From: Lentisphaerae bacterium GWF2_38_69 | GTDB taxonomy: Bacteria; Verrucomicrobiota; Lentisphaeria; Victivallales; GWF2-38-69 | DNA: 64,000 nt | Reading direction: 5' to 3' | Assembly: GCA_001803205.1 (NCBI GenBank) | Contig: MHBE01000035.1 | Coordinates: forward strand, 12,650-76,649 | Part shown: positions 18,485 to 29,514 of the stretch, in pieces | How positions within the stretch are numbered: position 1 is the first letter of the stretch | Layout of the letters: each line of letters opens with the position of its first letter | Position numbers and translations under genes: made by a program | Notes under the pieces: generated by a model | Told to the model about the DNA's origin: nothing | Database searches by the model: none | The model's input: the letters and a program-made list of their open reading frames with translations, nothing else

Positions 18485-20251
18485 TTAACCGCGTACAATC
18501 GCATTAAATTTACATGCATTGAAACACTCTCCGCATTTGATGCAGAATTTCTGGTCTATAATATGCGGCTTCTTCTTTTCGCCCGAAATGCACTTTACAG
18601 GACACTTTAGAGCACAGGCTGTACAGCCTATGCATTTCTCAGGAATTATCATATATTGAACGAGATTGCTGCATTTGCCTGTCCTGCATTTCTTATCGGA
18701 AATGTGCTCCATATACTCTTCTTCAAAATAATGCATTGCGGAGAGCACGGGGTTTGGAGTGGTCTGCCCCAGCGCGCAGAGAGAAGCTTTCTGCATAGCA
18801 TTGCTGATATTCTTAATTTTTTGAATATCTTTCTTATCTCCTTTTCCATCCGTAATCTTACTTATCAGGTCTAGAAGCTGCTTGCCGCCTATCCTGCAGG
18901 GCGCGCATTTTCCGCAGGACTCGTCTACTGAAAATTGCAGATAAAATTTATTCACATCTACCATGCAGTCACTCTGATCCATCACGATAAGACCGCCTGA
19001 ACCCATCATCGAACCTATCGACATAAGAGTCTCGTAGTCTACTGACATATCTATGAACTTCTCTGGGATCACTCCTCCGCTGGGACCGCCAGTCTGGACT
19101 GCTTTAAATTTCTTGTTGTCGAGTATTCCTCCGCAAAGGTCATAAACTATCTCTCTAAAGGTTGTTCCCATCGGGACTTCTATAAGCCCAGGGTCTTTCA
19201 CCTTGCCTGTTACGGCAAAAACCTTTGTGCCTTTTGACCTGCCCACTCCAATTGAAGAGAACCAGCCGGAACCTTTTTCGACAATAGGAGGGATGTTAGC
19301 CCAAGTTTCAACATTATTTATAAATGACGGTTTTTTCCAAAGGCCGGACTGAGAAGGGAAAGGAGGCCTTGGTTTGGGATTTCCCCGCTTTCCTTCGATT
19401 GAAGCCATGAGCGCTGTTTCCTCACCGCAGACAAATGCTCCTGCTCCCCATCTTAATTCAAGATTAAAACTAAATTCAGAACCAAGGATATTGTCTCCAA
19501 GCAAACCATATTTCTTAGCATCTGAAATTGCTTTTTCCAACCTTTCAATAGCCAGGGGATATTCGGCTCTGACATAAATAAAACCTTCTTTACACCCCAC
19601 GGCATAAGCGCCAATAGCCATCCCTTCTACAATTGTATGAGGGTCTCCTTCGAGTACAGCTCTGTCCATATATGCGCCAGGGTCGCCTTCGTCAGCGTTG
19701 CAAATTACGAACTTCTCAGCCCCGGGCTCTTTACGGGTAAGTTCCCATTTTAAACCAGTAGAAAATCCTCCGCCTCCCCGTCCTCTTAATCCGGAATCCT
19801 TTATCTCTTTAATTACTCTATCCGGATCCATTTCAAAAATAGCTTTTTCCAGAGCCTTATATCCTCCGCGGGATATATATTCTTCAATGCTTTCAGGATC
19901 TAGATATCCTACATTTCTCAAAACAATCTTGAATTGCTTGCTTTGTTTATCTCTTTCGGAAACAGGTGCAAGTTTGGCATCATACTCACAGATGAATCTA
20001 TCGACAACTTCATCAGAAACAATAGATTCAAATATTTCACCAAGATCTTCCTGTTCGAATTTAGTATAAATTATATTTTTAGGAAGGATTCTGATAATCG
20101 GAGTTCCGCTCGTAAGACCTATATAAGTACTTCTATAGACTTCTATGCTCTCTCCAAGATCTCTTTCATTAACCTTTTTAACTAGATAATTATAGACCGC
20201 GCTGCTATTGGAAGGAGTTGGATCCCAAACAAAAACATGCTGCTTTATCAT
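18485..20251 (-). CDS. hydB: NuoF-like diaphorase subunit (HydB/HndC)
   Basis: GLRGRGGGGF, CNADEGDPGAYMDR, GAGAFVCGEETAL, ESCGKCAPCR, C-terminal 2x[4Fe-4S]. Confidence 0.93.
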   Translation of the reverse strand: MIKQHVFVWDPTPSNSSAVYNYLVKKVNERDLGESIEVYRSTYIGLTSGTPIIRILPKNIIYTKFEQEDLGEIFESIVSDEVVDRFICEYDAKLAPVSERDKQSKQFKIVLRNVGYLDPESIEEYISRGGYKALEKAIFEMDPDRVIKEIKDSGLRGRGGGGFSTGLKWELTRKEPGAEKFVICNADEGDPGAYMDRAVLEGDPHTIVEGMAIGAYAVGCKEGFIYVRAEYPLAIERLEKAISDAKKYGLLGDNILGSEFSFNLELRWGAGAFVCGEETALMASIEGKRGNPKPRPPFPSQSGLWKKPSFINNVETWANIPPIVEKGSGWFSSIGVGRSKGTKVFAVTGKVKDPGLIEVPMGTTFREIVYDLCGGILDNKKFKAVQTGGPSGGVIPEKFIDMSVDYETLMSIGSMMGSGGLIVMDQSDCMVDVNKFYLQFSVDESCGKCAPCRIGGKQLLDLISKITDGKGDKKDIQKIKNISNAMQKASLCALGQTTPNPVLSAMHYFEEEYMEHISDKKCRTGKCSNLVQYMIIPEKCIGCTACALKCPVKCISGEKKKPHIIDQKFCIKCGECFNACKFNAIVRG

Positions 20252-20262
20252 AAATTCCCCCC

Positions 20263-20643
20263 CTAATCCTTAAAAATTTTCCTGCCGATATCATCAGTCG
20301 GCATGAAAATAGTATTAAAATTAATAATTCTCTTTTTAGTGAGATGCTCGTTCATTATGAGGCGTGCCAACCTTTCATCTACATTCCCGTAAAGGATATC
20401 AGGCATACCATCAAGCTTTACAATCAAATTAGGTTCGCAAAAACACATTCCAAGACAGCCGGTTTTCTTGAGTTTCACATTTTCCAATCCCTTTTCTTTC
20501 ATTTCTGATTCAAAGAGCTTGTATACTGCGTCTCCTCCGGCTGCTATACCGCAAGTACCCATGCTTATGATAATTTCACCCTTGTAAGGAGACTTATAAT
20601 TCTTTTTGAACTCGGCCAAATCGCCTTTCTTCATCTTTTCCAT
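20263..20643 (-). CDS. Thioredoxin-like [2Fe-2S] ferredoxin subunit (HndB/HydD)
   Basis: MGTCGIAAG and TGCLGMC..EP motifs; operon position. Confidence 0.85.
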   Translation of the reverse strand: MEKMKKGDLAEFKKNYKSPYKGEIIISMGTCGIAAGGDAVYKLFESEMKEKGLENVKLKKTGCLGMCFCEPNLIVKLDGMPDILYGNVDERLARLIMNEHLTKKRIINFNTIFMPTDDIGRKIFKD

Positions 20644-20653
20644 AAATATTACC

Positions 20654-21142
20654 TCAATTTTTTGGCTCTTCTCTGTATTCGTTTAGGATGTTCGGTAAAT
20701 CACCTTTTTTGAGATTACCATATGTTTTGCCATTGACAAGGATAACTGGAGCAAGTCCGCAGCATCCTACGCAGCGCACAATCTCAATGGAAAATTTACC
20801 ATCTTCAGTTACAGCATTGACTCCGATTCCCAGAATGCTTTCAAGTTCGGCTATCAGGTCATTACCGCCCTTCAGGTAACAAGCTGTACCCATACACACA
20901 GAAACTTTGAATTTCCCAGGTTTTTTCAGCTTGAAAATATGATAGAAGGTGATTATGCCGTAGATCTTTGCCAGAGGAAGATCGATCATTCTCGAAACTT
21001 CTATTGCTACGGCTCTGGGCACAAAGCCATAAACTTCCTGCACCTTATGGAGAATCATTATCTCCTTGCCTTTCTTGTCTTTCCATTCCTCAATGAAATC
21101 AAGAAGGCGCGTATCTAGTTGAACATCTTTTTGAGTTTTCAT
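20654..21142 (-). CDS. hydC: NuoE-like [2Fe-2S] subunit (HydC/HndA)
   Basis: VCMGTACYLKG and RCVGCCGLAPV motifs. Confidence 0.92.
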   Translation of the reverse strand: MKTQKDVQLDTRLLDFIEEWKDKKGKEIMILHKVQEVYGFVPRAVAIEVSRMIDLPLAKIYGIITFYHIFKLKKPGKFKVSVCMGTACYLKGGNDLIAELESILGIGVNAVTEDGKFSIEIVRCVGCCGLAPVILVNGKTYGNLKKGDLPNILNEYREEPKN

Positions 21143-21275
21143 TTAGCTGCCCTCCAACTTTTTGTTTTGTTATATAAACTTTAAATTAAAAACCATTACT
21201 TTTAGTTTTAGAGCTGGCGCTAGCGCCAATTCAAAATAAAATACAAAAAACAGCACATTCTAAATAATCATAGCT

Positions 21276-22160
21276 ATGAAGACAAAAAATTTCTCTATCC
21301 GTTTATCAATAAAAGAGGGTTTTCGCGGTTTTGGCAAATGGTGGATACCCCTCTGCTCGGTATCTTTAGTGATTCTATTAAGCCAGTCATGGCTGTCAAA
21401 TATTGCAATGAAATACTCTGATTCGGCAAAATACCTGTCTCCTTTCTATAAAGCGTTTAAAGAATTTGAACTTGAAATGACAAGCATTGAAACTGCCAGC
21501 TATGCTTTCGTCAACTTAAGAAATAAGATCGCAGAACTGGGCGCTCAAATGGGAAGCTCTTACGACTTTCATCTTTTTGCAGGAAAAATCAGCACCGCCT
21601 TTATACTCATCTTTATTATCCTCTGCCTTCTTTATATTGTTACTATCATCATTTCCAAAATGTCCGTAAGCAAAAATACCCAAAAGATAGACATAAAGAA
21701 AACAATTATGCATACTCCTGTCATGTCTCTTAGTTATTTTGTGCTCTGCATAGTCAAGGTGCTTCCTTTCAGCATCTCATTTCTTATTCCGTTCTTTTTT
21801 TTCATATTGAATCTATCTTCCTCGACAGGAGAGGTATCGGGTCTATATGTAGTTATTCAATGGTTATCGATCCTCTTTATCTCATTTCTTATTTTTGTTT
21901 CAGGGATAGTTCTTTATATCAGGCTCTACTTTACCGGATTCATAATTACTGAAGAATCTGTAAATCCCTTCAAAGCCATTACTAAAAGCATAATTCTGAC
22001 AAAAGGGCTGTTTATTAAAGTAGGAGTGCTGTTCATTGTGACAACGATAATAGACATAGTCTCTCTTATCAGCGTAATTGGATTTATACCGGCAAATAGT
22101 ATTAAGTACACACTGAGGGCTTCAGCATACCGGCAGATACTGGACAAAGAAACCTTATGA
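21276..22160 (+). CDS. Hypothetical integral membrane protein
   Basis: Several hydrophobic segments; AITKSIILTKG motif seen in DUF975-like membrane proteins. Confidence 0.6.
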   Translation: MKTKNFSIRLSIKEGFRGFGKWWIPLCSVSLVILLSQSWLSNIAMKYSDSAKYLSPFYKAFKEFELEMTSIETASYAFVNLRNKIAELGAQMGSSYDFHLFAGKISTAFILIFIILCLLYIVTIIISKMSVSKNTQKIDIKKTIMHTPVMSLSYFVLCIVKVLPFSISFLIPFFFFILNLSSSTGEVSGLYVVIQWLSILFISFLIFVSGIVLYIRLYFTGFIITEESVNPFKAITKSIILTKGLFIKVGVLFIVTTIIDIVSLISVIGFIPANSIKYTLRASAYRQILDKETL

Positions 22161-22373
22161 ATCTTTTATACGCACTTCTTCTGACTTTATTTGCCGGATT
22201 TATAAATGGTTCCTGCATCGCTCAAAAAAAGACACTTAAATAAAGATACATTCCAGCATTCTGACATTTGTCGCGGCAATAATTATATTTTCTCTTAGCG
22301 CAGTATTTAAATAGTTATTGAATTTTACTAATTATTACAGATAATTCTATCTTATCGTTCTATTCTAAATTTT

Positions 22374-22784
22374 ATGGAGTTCATACCTATGATCAAAAAA
22401 ATCCTGACTATCTTACTGTTTACGCTTTCACTCTCTCTCACAGCTAACCAGGGAATCAATACAAATCCCAACCCTGATATACAGCAATCTCCTTCTGCTC
22501 CCGGCGGAGCACAAGTTCAGAACCATCCATCAGACAATAATTTTCAGCCTCCGGAAAATCCTCCTCAGGATGCGTTTCAGCAGTTCGGCACAGATGAAGG
22601 AACAGAATCAGCTAAAATAAAAACACCCGATCCTTCTTCTCCGATTTTTGACATAAAAACAACTCATGGTTCAATAATAATAAAGAAACTCCCTGCAAAA
22701 CCAGAAACTGACACTGGAAAAAATTCTGACACGGCAAAATCTAATCCATCAATTACTAATCCCGATACTCAAAAAACCAAATAA
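22374..22784 (+). CDS. Hypothetical secreted Pro/Gln/Asn-rich protein
   Basis: Signal-peptide-like N-terminus (start may be 22389) followed by low-complexity sequence. Confidence 0.55.
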   Translation: MEFIPMIKKILTILLFTLSLSLTANQGINTNPNPDIQQSPSAPGGAQVQNHPSDNNFQPPENPPQDAFQQFGTDEGTESAKIKTPDPSSPIFDIKTTHGSIIIKKLPAKPETDTGKNSDTAKSNPSITNPDTQKTK

Positions 22785-22806
22785 CTTTTAATTTTAAGTA
22801 ATCACT

Positions 22807-23928
22807 ATGCCATTAGAAACTTTAAAACCTGAAAATAAATCTTTTAAATTCAATAAATATCTAGTTTTATCAATCTGCGTGGCAGTAGCTTTTCTGGCAG
22901 GATTGGCTGTAGGATATCTTCCATATTTATTAAGTTACAGATCCTACCTAAAAGACCAGCCGGAACTAAATAACTATGTCCAGCAAGCTATCAAGTATTA
23001 TTGGAGCGGAGGGGACATTAAAAAAGCTGAAAGTGAAATCTTCAAAGGAATCACTCTAAGCGGCAACCTTGACGCGGTTGAGCTGCTTTTCAGCAAAGCA
23101 GTAGAACTTGTTCCGGAAAGAGTGGATCTCAAATACTGCCTGGCCTCTACGCAGATACTTAAAGGAGATTATAGCAATGGCCTGAACACATATAAAGAAA
23201 TAATCAATTCAGACCACTTTGCCTTTAATGCTGAAATTCTTTACAGTTTCTATTCAAAATCTCTCGGGTATAGCGCAGATTATGAAAGCAGCCTTAAACA
23301 GTTGAGCAAAGAGTATCCCGAACAAACTGAAAAGTACTTGAAGATAGTTTTGAATGCAGACAATATTATTAAATCGCGTCTCAATGTCAAAGCAGAAAAA
23401 TACCCTTTCAAGAAAGGCGCTATAGTAATTCTTGGTTATGCTCTGGACAATGAGGGCAAGGCTCAGCCAACTTTGATTGAAAGGTTAAAACAAGGCCTGG
23501 TGCTTTTCAGACTTAACAGAAGTTTCAAAATAATTGTTACCGGCGGGATGGCTCATGGCGGTGTTACAGAATCTTTCGTTATGAAAAAATGGCTTATTGA
23601 AAACAGCGTACCTGAAAGTTCGATAATTATCGAGGATCAGTCGAAAGATACTGTCGGAAACGCACTTAATACAACACAGATTTTAATAGAAAACGGTTTT
23701 GAAAATGCCTCAATTGTTACCAGCGCAAGCCACATTAGAAGAGCCTTAGCCCTCTTTAACCAGGCATGCATCCAGAGTGGAAATCAGATTCAATTAACCA
23801 ATCTGGTCTATCTAGACTATCCTTCTATAGAAGAGGCTTCAGCAATGACAAATAAAGAATTATCCATAATCTACAGAGACTTATTCAGAACAGCAGGCAT
23901 ATGGGCATACCCTTGCATTCAAAACTGA
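22807..23928 (+). CDS. YdcF/ElyC/SanA (DUF218) family protein with N-terminal TM and TPR-like region
   Basis: IVILGY, IIVTGG, EDQSKDTVGNA, VTSASHIRRA motifs. Confidence 0.85.
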   Translation: MPLETLKPENKSFKFNKYLVLSICVAVAFLAGLAVGYLPYLLSYRSYLKDQPELNNYVQQAIKYYWSGGDIKKAESEIFKGITLSGNLDAVELLFSKAVELVPERVDLKYCLASTQILKGDYSNGLNTYKEIINSDHFAFNAEILYSFYSKSLGYSADYESSLKQLSKEYPEQTEKYLKIVLNADNIIKSRLNVKAEKYPFKKGAIVILGYALDNEGKAQPTLIERLKQGLVLFRLNRSFKIIVTGGMAHGGVTESFVMKKWLIENSVPESSIIIEDQSKDTVGNALNTTQILIENGFENASIVTSASHIRRALALFNQACIQSGNQIQLTNLVYLDYPSIEEASAMTNKELSIIYRDLFRTAGIWAYPCIQN

Positions 23929-23951
23929 AATTGTCCGATCCCCTTATTCTT

Positions 23952-24392
23952 TCAATCAATTCTAGGCAGAGTTACTATTGAGAACCAGAAAGATTCGATT
24001 GAGAGGACTATTTTTTTGAATTGCTCAAAGTCCAGAGGTTTTGTCACATAGCAATTTGCATGAGAAGTATAAGCTCTTATGATATCCTCTTCGGCTCTTG
24101 AAGAAGTAAGCACAACCACTGGAATTGCTTTGAGTTTGTTATTGTTTTTTATTTCATTCAAGATGTCTCTTCCGTCAATATCAGGCAAATTAAGATCAAG
24201 CAGAATAAGTTCAGGTGTAATCGCTTCAGAAAAACGCCCTCTTTTAAAAAGAAAATCAAGAGCATCTCTTCCGTTCATAACAACATGGAGATTATTTTTA
24301 AATTTGCATTTGAGCAATGCCTCTTTTGCAATTTCAACATCACAGATATTATCTTCTATTAGCAGTATTTCTGCCGGCTTTAATCTTTCCAT
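23952..24392 (-). CDS. Single-domain response regulator (Rcp1-like)
   Basis: ILLIEDN, LILLDLNLP..DGR, PVVVLTSS, ANCYVTKP. Confidence 0.92.
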   Translation of the reverse strand: MERLKPAEILLIEDNICDVEIAKEALLKCKFKNNLHVVMNGRDALDFLFKRGRFSEAITPELILLDLNLPDIDGRDILNEIKNNNKLKAIPVVVLTSSRAEEDIIRAYTSHANCYVTKPLDFEQFKKIVLSIESFWFSIVTLPRID

Positions 24393-24460
24393 ACAAAATT
24401 GTCCTTTTTTATTTTATTAGTTGTATCTAAAGTCAAACATTGCCTAAGTAAAATTAAAAT

Positions 24461-26365
24461 TCATGGAATGAGAAAGTAAAATTTAGTTCCTTTCCCTGTT
24501 TCTGACTCCACCCATATTCTGCCGTAGTGCCTGTCAACTATTTTTTTGCATATAGACAAACCAATTCCACAACCCGGATAATCTTCTTTGGAGTTTAACC
24601 TCTTGAACATTATGAATATTCTCTCATAGTGTTTAGATTCTATGCCTATTCCATTGTCTTCAACAGAAAAAATATTCCCTTCATGCGACTTATTGCATGA
24701 AATATGTATTTTAGGAGCTTCCTCTTTTCTTCTGAATTTTAGAGAGTTTGTAAGAAGATTCTGAAAAAGCTGGATTATTTGAATTTCATCAGCTTTTATT
24801 ACAGGAAGTTTGTCATTTGTTATTACAGCATTATTTACCCTCACCGATTCCATAAGATTTCCTATAGCTATAGAAAGAGCTTTATTTGCATCAAACTCAG
24901 CGAAAGGCTCAGCTTTTGTAGATACCCTGGAGAGCTCTAACAACGATGAAATAAGCTCAGACATCCTTCTGCATCCACCTGTGGCAAAGTTCATAAACAT
25001 TGTAGTTTTTTCGTCAAGTTTCCCTTTGAACTTTTCTTCTATAATCATTACGGACGAAGAGATAGTTCGAAGAGGTTCCTGGAGGTCATGAGATGCCACG
25101 TAAGCAAACTGTTCAAGTTCTGCGTTTGATTTTTTTAAATCCTCAACAGCTTTTTTCAGCTTGTTTTCCGACACAACTAAATCTGCTTCTTTTTGCATCC
25201 TCTCGAAAACTTCTTTATCTAGATTTTCTTTTGAGGTCATTGTTTCCTTGAGTTTTGCTGTCATTTCGTCAAAACTCCTTGATAGCTGTCCTATTTCATT
25301 CTTTGATAGTGTTCCTACTCTATACTCCAGATCTCCTGCTCCTATCTTTTTCATCCCTTCATTAAGCAATGTTATCGGACTAGAAAGAATTCTTGATATC
25401 ATATAGGCGGTAAATATTGCTATTACAAAGAACAAAATTGTAAGCCAAATAGTAAAACACATACGGTCATCAACTTCTGCAAAGGCTTCTGAAGTATTTA
25501 TTTTTAGAACCATTCCCATATTTTTTACCTGTAAAGGTCTCCATGCAGCAATAATTTCATTACCGACATAATCGTTTATAATGCCGCTTCCAGGCATTCC
25601 TTCTGTAGCTTGGATCATTGGTATATTAAAAGATTTGTTCGGAATTGAAAATTTAAAGTGTCCCGTTTTTCCAGGAGAAAATTTAAGAGGAGAGATAAAA
25701 ACAATATCGTTTTTATTCAGAGCCGCAAGTACCACCTCACCAGTATACCCCAAGCCAATACTACTTGAGATAACCGAATAGAGCACATCTGCATTTATTT
25801 CAGCCATTGAAAAGCCGATTAGATTCCCTCTATCATTTTTAATAGGAACTACAATAAGTATTTTATAAGTACCCTGAATATCTGTTGCTTCAGATATCCA
25901 TAATCCATTAGACCATGTTTCCAAATTTTTCTTCGTAGCAAGAGGCGCAGGCTTATTATATAGTACCATCTTTTCTTCATTGGGAGAATAAACGACTCTG
26001 CCTTCAGGCGAAATCAGCATAAAATCTGAAACATTAAGAGCCTTATCGAATCCTTTAAATTGTTCGTTTATCTGCTCATATGCTTCATTCAGTCCAGGAC
26101 TGCTCTTGTCTATAGTAAGCTTTGATATCAGAGGAAGATTCTTAACTATATTATAATATTTCTGCGTAGCTAAAACACTTCTCTCAATACCGTCAAGATA
26201 TATCGACATTTTCTCTACATTAATGTCAGCAAGAGAATTCAAATTTTTTATGCTCTGCTCTATTATGTATGACTTTGATTTATAAAATGAAATATAACCT
26301 TCCAGCATGATTGGAATTAATGTCAATAGAGTCAGTGAGATAAAAAATGTAGTCTTTATTTTCAT
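24461..26365 (-). CDS. Membrane sensor histidine kinase (Cache-like, HAMP, HisKA, HATPase)
   Basis: FAYVASHDLQEPLR H-box, NLLTNSLKF, DNGIGI, GIGLSIC; two TM segments. Confidence 0.92.
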   Translation of the reverse strand: MKIKTTFFISLTLLTLIPIMLEGYISFYKSKSYIIEQSIKNLNSLADINVEKMSIYLDGIERSVLATQKYYNIVKNLPLISKLTIDKSSPGLNEAYEQINEQFKGFDKALNVSDFMLISPEGRVVYSPNEEKMVLYNKPAPLATKKNLETWSNGLWISEATDIQGTYKILIVVPIKNDRGNLIGFSMAEINADVLYSVISSSIGLGYTGEVVLAALNKNDIVFISPLKFSPGKTGHFKFSIPNKSFNIPMIQATEGMPGSGIINDYVGNEIIAAWRPLQVKNMGMVLKINTSEAFAEVDDRMCFTIWLTILFFVIAIFTAYMISRILSSPITLLNEGMKKIGAGDLEYRVGTLSKNEIGQLSRSFDEMTAKLKETMTSKENLDKEVFERMQKEADLVVSENKLKKAVEDLKKSNAELEQFAYVASHDLQEPLRTISSSVMIIEEKFKGKLDEKTTMFMNFATGGCRRMSELISSLLELSRVSTKAEPFAEFDANKALSIAIGNLMESVRVNNAVITNDKLPVIKADEIQIIQLFQNLLTNSLKFRRKEEAPKIHISCNKSHEGNIFSVEDNGIGIESKHYERIFIMFKRLNSKEDYPGCGIGLSICKKIVDRHYGRIWVESETGKGTKFYFLIP

Positions 26366-26502
26366 TTAATTTTTTTCCAACTTACTGTAAACAAACTTAT
26401 TACTGAATAATTAGCATTTTAACTATCAATATCTTGCAAATCCACTTTTTGCCGAGATAATTATAACAAGAAATCTTAGAATATCTTTATAGAATAGAAA
26501 CA

Positions 26503-27522
26503 ATGACTTCCACTAAACAAAAACATATCCTCCTTGTTGAAGATGACACGGCTTCAGCAGAAATAACCATATTCAAACTTGAACAAGCAGGCTACAAAGG
26601 AACGACAACTTCAACTGGCGAAGAAGCTATCAGGAAAGTTATTAATGAACAAAATATTGTAGATATTATCCTCATGGATGTAAATCTCGGTGAAAGCCTG
26701 GATGGGATTGAAATCGCCAGGGAAATTCTAAAAATTGTTAATATCCCAATAATATTCCTTTCGTCCACTCTTGATATCGATACGCTCAGAAAAACAGAAA
26801 ATCTTGCATCATACGGATACCACTTGAAAAGCACAGACTTCACAGCACTAATAACTTCAATAAAAATGGCTCTGAAACTCCATGAAGCCAATATCAAAAT
26901 AGAAAAACTCTTAACAGAAAAAGAATTATTGCTAAAGGAAGTGCACCATAGAATCAAAAACAACATGTCATCTGTGGTAGCTATGCTCTCCCTTCAAGCT
27001 TATTCGACTAACAGGGATGATGTCAAAAATGCGCTGAACGAAGCCTCTGGCAGAGTTCTTACAATGATGCATCTGTACGACAGGCTTTACCGTTCTGAAA
27101 CCCTCAGCATATTATCTGGCAAAGACTATTTGCTGGCATTGCTTAAGTCAATTTCAGAGATTTACGCAAAATCTGATATCCAAATTAAATATGACATCAG
27201 CGATGTACAGCTAGACCCAAAAGTCCTATCCCAGATAGGTATAATTATAAATGAGCTTATAACAAATTCTATAAAATATGCTTTTGTCGATAAAACAAAA
27301 GGATATATAACTCTACAGGTAAAACCTTCAGGGAATGATCTTCTGATAGTTTATAAAGACAATGGATCAGGCATACCATCCGAACTTATTCAAGCTAAAG
27401 GTGCAGGGTTCGGGTTACAGCTTATAGACAGCCTTATAGAACAGCTTAATGCTCAAATGCAAATCGAGACATGCGACGGCACGAAATTTACCATAAAAAT
27501 TCCATTGGACGAAAGTAAATAA
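26503..27522 (+). CDS. Receiver domain + HisKA_2-type histidine kinase
   Basis: ILLVEDD..ILMDVNL receiver; LLKEVHHRIKNN H-box; NELITNSIKYAF; DNGSG. Confidence 0.9.
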   Translation: MTSTKQKHILLVEDDTASAEITIFKLEQAGYKGTTTSTGEEAIRKVINEQNIVDIILMDVNLGESLDGIEIAREILKIVNIPIIFLSSTLDIDTLRKTENLASYGYHLKSTDFTALITSIKMALKLHEANIKIEKLLTEKELLLKEVHHRIKNNMSSVVAMLSLQAYSTNRDDVKNALNEASGRVLTMMHLYDRLYRSETLSILSGKDYLLALLKSISEIYAKSDIQIKYDISDVQLDPKVLSQIGIIINELITNSIKYAFVDKTKGYITLQVKPSGNDLLIVYKDNGSGIPSELIQAKGAGFGLQLIDSLIEQLNAQMQIETCDGTKFTIKIPLDESK

Positions 27523-27674
27523 CACTCACAGCAGAGCAACAGGACTTTTGAGTTCCCATTACTATCAGGTCTGGCTGATATTCATCAATTTGGGATAAAA
27601 TAACTTCTGTTATTATAAGCTTCTGTCGACTATATTTATCATCTCAACGTAGCTATTACCCTGTTCTTTGTCTC

Positions 27675-28025
27675 TTAAGCCGAAACCGAAAACCATTTTT
27701 TGAGCTTGGAATTTTGATCTTCCATATCCAATAACTGCTGTTCCTCTTTTTCTTCATCTTTAATTATTTCATAAAAACTACAGTTTTCGCACCTGTGAGA
27801 ACACTTATCTACTGGCGCAGTCAACCCTGACAACCTTCTTGTCTCATTAGTATCTAAATCAAGAAACTTGGAAACACAACCGCAAACTCTCCCACCGTTT
27901 ACTCCGCCACAGATACCATCAGTTACCTGCAATGTGGCGACAGGACAAACTCCTAATAAGATTGAATTCTTTCCCTCGGGTTCTCTTCCGCATTTCTTGA
28001 ATTCCCAGCAATTTAATTTCTTCAT
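27675..28025 (-). CDS. Cys-rich two-CW-type domain protein
   Basis: MKKLNCWEFKKCGRE..CP..GGRVC..CENCSFY; GGAGGA RBS before ATG 28025. Confidence 0.7.
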   Translation of the reverse strand: MKKLNCWEFKKCGREPEGKNSILLGVCPVATLQVTDGICGGVNGGRVCGCVSKFLDLDTNETRRLSGLTAPVDKCSHRCENCSFYEIIKDEEKEEQQLLDMEDQNSKLKKWFSVSA

Positions 28026-28221
28026 GATTCCTCCCCCTTCCTTTTTGCGGTTTAATAGTTTCGTGTTCTTTGAAACCAAACTATTTCTAATTTCATAAAT
28101 TATAGACGCAATATTTAACCAGATAAAAAATATTTTTACAAATATTTTATATATCATACATAATTAGTGCGATTACTGACATTTGCTGTATAATAATAAA
28201 ACATAAAAAGGAATTTTTCAT

Positions 28222-29343
28222 ATGAAACTATATGTTGAAAAGCTCAAAGCATGCCGGAAAAAGAAGAAAACTACATCTGAAGAACTGGCTGTAAAAATGG
28301 GAATAACCAGATCAACTCTGAGTCTCTGGGAGAATTCCAAGATAGTACCTTCTGAATTTAAAATAAGAATGCTGGCAAAAATTCTTGATGTTCCAATTAA
28401 TGAAATTTCTGACCTTCCCCCAGAAAAGCATCTATCGGAAACCAATCTTGAGCCTTTGCGTTCAAGCATTAAATCCCTTCTCGAGGAAAATAAAAATGAA
28501 AGTTTAAATGAGACTCATAAACTCTGTTCAAAAATTATGTTTATGCACAAGGAATTGTCAGATGCTAAACTGATTATAAAAGCCATGGTATCATCTCTCC
28601 CGTTGCCTCTATATATTAAAGGACCTAATCTCAGATATTTGGCGGCCAATGAAGCATTCTTAAAGAATCTCTCTTTAAATAAAAACTATGATGTCATAGA
28701 GAAAACAGATTCAGATTTTTTCCCTGTTAATGAAGCCAAAATAAATGAAGAAATGGATAAAGATGTTCTTTCTTCGGGAAAAAGCATTATGAACAAAGAA
28801 TGCTTTATCCCATGCTCCAGAAAAACCAAACAAGGTATTATTTCAAAAATTCCAATTCTTGATTCTGAAGGAAAGACTGAGGGAATATTATGCTATTACA
28901 TAGATATAACAGAACGCAAACTGGCAGAAAAACTGAGGGAAAAACAGCAAATTGAACTGGAGAGACAGAATAAGGAGATAAAAACTGCAAATGCCGAAGT
29001 TACAGCAGCTCGCTCAAAATATTTCGATCTTTTCAATCTCTCTCCCGTAGGTTATTTAATCATAGATGAAGCAAACTTAATACTTGAAGCTAATCTGCTG
29101 GCTTCCGGTTTATTATCATACCCAAGAGACTTGTTGATTAATAAGCCTCTTCCTCGATTCCTTCTTCAGGAGTACAAAGAAATATACTTACTTGCATCAA
29201 AGCAGCTTCTTGAAAACGGAGTGCATCATGAATCTAAAATCAAACTATTGAAAAAAGACGGAACATCCTTCTTAATAAATATGTCTTTGACTTCTATGCA
29301 GAGAAACAATGAAAAAAAACTAATTCTAGTTACATTATTTTGA
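28222..29343 (+). CDS. XRE-family HTH regulator with PAS domains
   Basis: ELAVKMGITRSTLSLWEN HTH; YIKG..YLAANEAF and DITERK PAS/PAC motifs. Confidence 0.85.
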   Translation: MKLYVEKLKACRKKKKTTSEELAVKMGITRSTLSLWENSKIVPSEFKIRMLAKILDVPINEISDLPPEKHLSETNLEPLRSSIKSLLEENKNESLNETHKLCSKIMFMHKELSDAKLIIKAMVSSLPLPLYIKGPNLRYLAANEAFLKNLSLNKNYDVIEKTDSDFFPVNEAKINEEMDKDVLSSGKSIMNKECFIPCSRKTKQGIISKIPILDSEGKTEGILCYYIDITERKLAEKLREKQQIELERQNKEIKTANAEVTAARSKYFDLFNLSPVGYLIIDEANLILEANLLASGLLSYPRDLLINKPLPRFLLQEYKEIYLLASKQLLENGVHHESKIKLLKKDGTSFLINMSLTSMQRNNEKKLILVTLF

Positions 29344-29514
29344 CGACCGACACAGATCATTTTACGCATTACGGCTCCCAATGCTGCCATTTTAGTTTTT
29401 CCTTTTATAACCAGCATTGTATAAAATCTGTTTTTGAAACTGCTGCAGTATTTTCTTCTTTCCAATTCACTACACTATAGAGTCTCATAGTATTCAGGCT
29501 CTGCAAAATTGGCA

